A stretch of DNA of 64,000 nt from Trichosphaerium sp. ATCC 40318. Lineage: Eukaryota; Protista; Tubulinea. Both the position numbers and the translations under genes were made by a program. How positions within the stretch are numbered: position 1 is the stretch's first letter; each line of letters begins with the position of its first letter. The stretch lies in NCBI GenBank assembly GCA_038496445.1, contig JALMLS010000455.1, positions 434,001-498,000 on the forward strand, written 5' to 3'. This document shows positions 62,323-64,000 of the stretch, in pieces. A model generated the notes under the pieces. That model had not been told where the DNA came from and searched no databases. It saw only the letters and a list, made by a program, of their open reading frames with translations.

Positions 62323-64000
62323 CTACTTTAATACAATATTACAATATGTAAGAACATCTGGTATACTACTTAGGTTGTTCTTACATCTTAGTATTTCAGA
62401 CAATACTTCGTATCTAAACAAAAGTAAAAATGAGAATTTCGAAATAGAGCCTTAATTTGTGGGGTTTTTTAGAGGTCAGGCAAGACATATTTCAAAACTT
62501 TATGTAAATATTGAAGTAATAGTAAACAGTGATTGCGTTGCGTTTATCAAATACGTATCATTTGGTTTACAACGTCCGTCATTGCAACAAAAAAAAGAAA
62601 AAAAATATTGTTCTGAAGTCTTCTCGTACTTTAGTTTAACATTATCCCAGATATATCTCAACTCAAGAACCAAGAATGTATCTTGACGATCTTTTAAAAA
62701 CTCAGGAGGCTCAGCTAATAAAACAACCTAAATAAAACCGATTAATCACGTTGACTCTTCATAATCCAAAGCGGAAAAAAGTAAGAAAAAAATTCATTGA
62801 TATACCTTCTGTTGGGCTTGAATAACGCATTGTTCCTTGCTCGTATGCTTGCTTGTAACATCTTCTCCGTGATAAAAATAACGACATGATATTTGAGGGA
62901 CTTGATATACTTTAAACCCAGCAAGAAGTTGTACACTATCAATAACTTTCTGTGCTGTAATTCTTGGCACCTTTGCATCATCAAGGAGACATAGGATAGC
63001 CTATAAAGATATTTAACATATAAATATATTCTATCATATGACACTCACATTAAGGAACTCAGAGCTTTGAAATAAGGTCTCATATTCACTCTTGCGAACA
63101 CCAACTATTCAAACAAGTGAGATTAAACACAGTGTTGGCTGAAAATAACGTACTTTCTTCATAGTTCTCTGGCAGTTGCTGTTGCAGTACTTTACTCAAC
63201 AGAGGTACTTCCAAGCATTGACCAATCCGTGATGGTATTCTAGGATGTAAAATAGGTACCTTATCCCAAGTGATCATCTACAAAGAAAGGTTTTTTAGTC
63301 TAAACTAATCATTGGTTTGTATATGATGTTGTACCTCACTGTGATAACTTACGTCCTTGAATAGTAAATCTTTGGCATTGCGAAACTTTCCATTAATGTC
63401 AGGTAGCTTAATAGTACCGATACGAGCATCGCTTTCAAGAAATTTTGGCAAAATCAAAATAACTTCAACAAAGCTATCAATGAACTCAGGGTTTGCTTCT
63501 GTTGCCACTGCTGCTTCCTCGCAAAGACGAACAAGAACTTCTAGATTAAGTTCCTTTATACCAATTTGTTTGAATAGGGTAGGATAGTCTTCAAGGTATT
63601 CATCAGGTACTGTATAAGCGAATGGCGGAATGTCATATCGTAAATTGCTGTAGACTTTCGAGAACGGCAAGAAAACTGAGGACGGACTCCATGTGTTTTC
63701 GTATCTGAGCATCATGTACTGTTAGTAACTTTCAACGTCTTCGTTTAATAAGGGTATATTTACAGCTACTGTACCTGTAGTATGGGAACGCTATATGGTC
63801 AACTGTGAAGTCGTTTTTGCAATGTTTTTCGAGGAATCTATAAATTGCTCTGACTTGTATTGAGATATCTTTGGAGTCTTTGTCTTGTTTCTGCGCTGAA
63901 AGGAATTTAAGATGATTTGCAACTTGTGTAGGCGTTGGTTCAAAGCTTATAGAATCTGGTTGGTTCCAACCATAGTGTATATCTAACAAAGGAGTTTGTG
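62323..64000 (-). CDS. Sacsin-like protein, 3' part (runs off the window)
   Basis: QVANHL, PPFAYTVP..LFKQIGI, LPDING..AKDLLFKD, LHPRIP...LEVPLLS and QSSEF. Phase-consistent exons to a TAG at 62323. Confidence 0.65.

Noticed and set aside
1-64000. Alternative genetic code or prokaryotic operon/defence system
   Set aside because: In-frame stops are explained by introns. TAA, TAG and TGA all end genes, and the organisation is eukaryotic.

Overview
AT-rich, gene-dense eukaryotic nuclear DNA with many short spliceosomal introns (mostly about 40-120 nt, donor consensus GTACGT/GTAAGT). A CudA-type transcription factor and a TSET subunit point to an amoebozoan protist. By manual exon stitching I reconstructed about 27 protein genes or pseudogenes and 2 tRNAs. 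They include a repeat-fused ATP-dependent DNA ligase, heme peroxidase, CudA-like factor, V-ATPase G, a double-SCP2 protein, formin, an NMNAT-like protein, SAM methyltransferase, SET protein, nitrilase, PXMP4, TSAUCER/TASH3, BCS1, F-box/LRR (plus a decayed paralog), BTB, a secreted propeller protein, a GH95-like hydrolase and a sacsin-like gene. The most notable signals are: (1) unusual splicing, with minor-spliceosome (U12-type) introns, two introns that appear to end in TG rather than AG, 3' ends at a near-fixed distance from the branch point, five GC-AG introns and a 4-nt microexon; (2) one gene encoding a NEK-like kinase split by a roughly 380-aa insert carrying UBA-like and ubiquitin-like domains and fused to a GNAT acetyltransferase; (3) strong window-wide excess of CACGTG. 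All gene models are by-eye inferences with no RNA data, and family assignments come from remembered motifs, not database searches.
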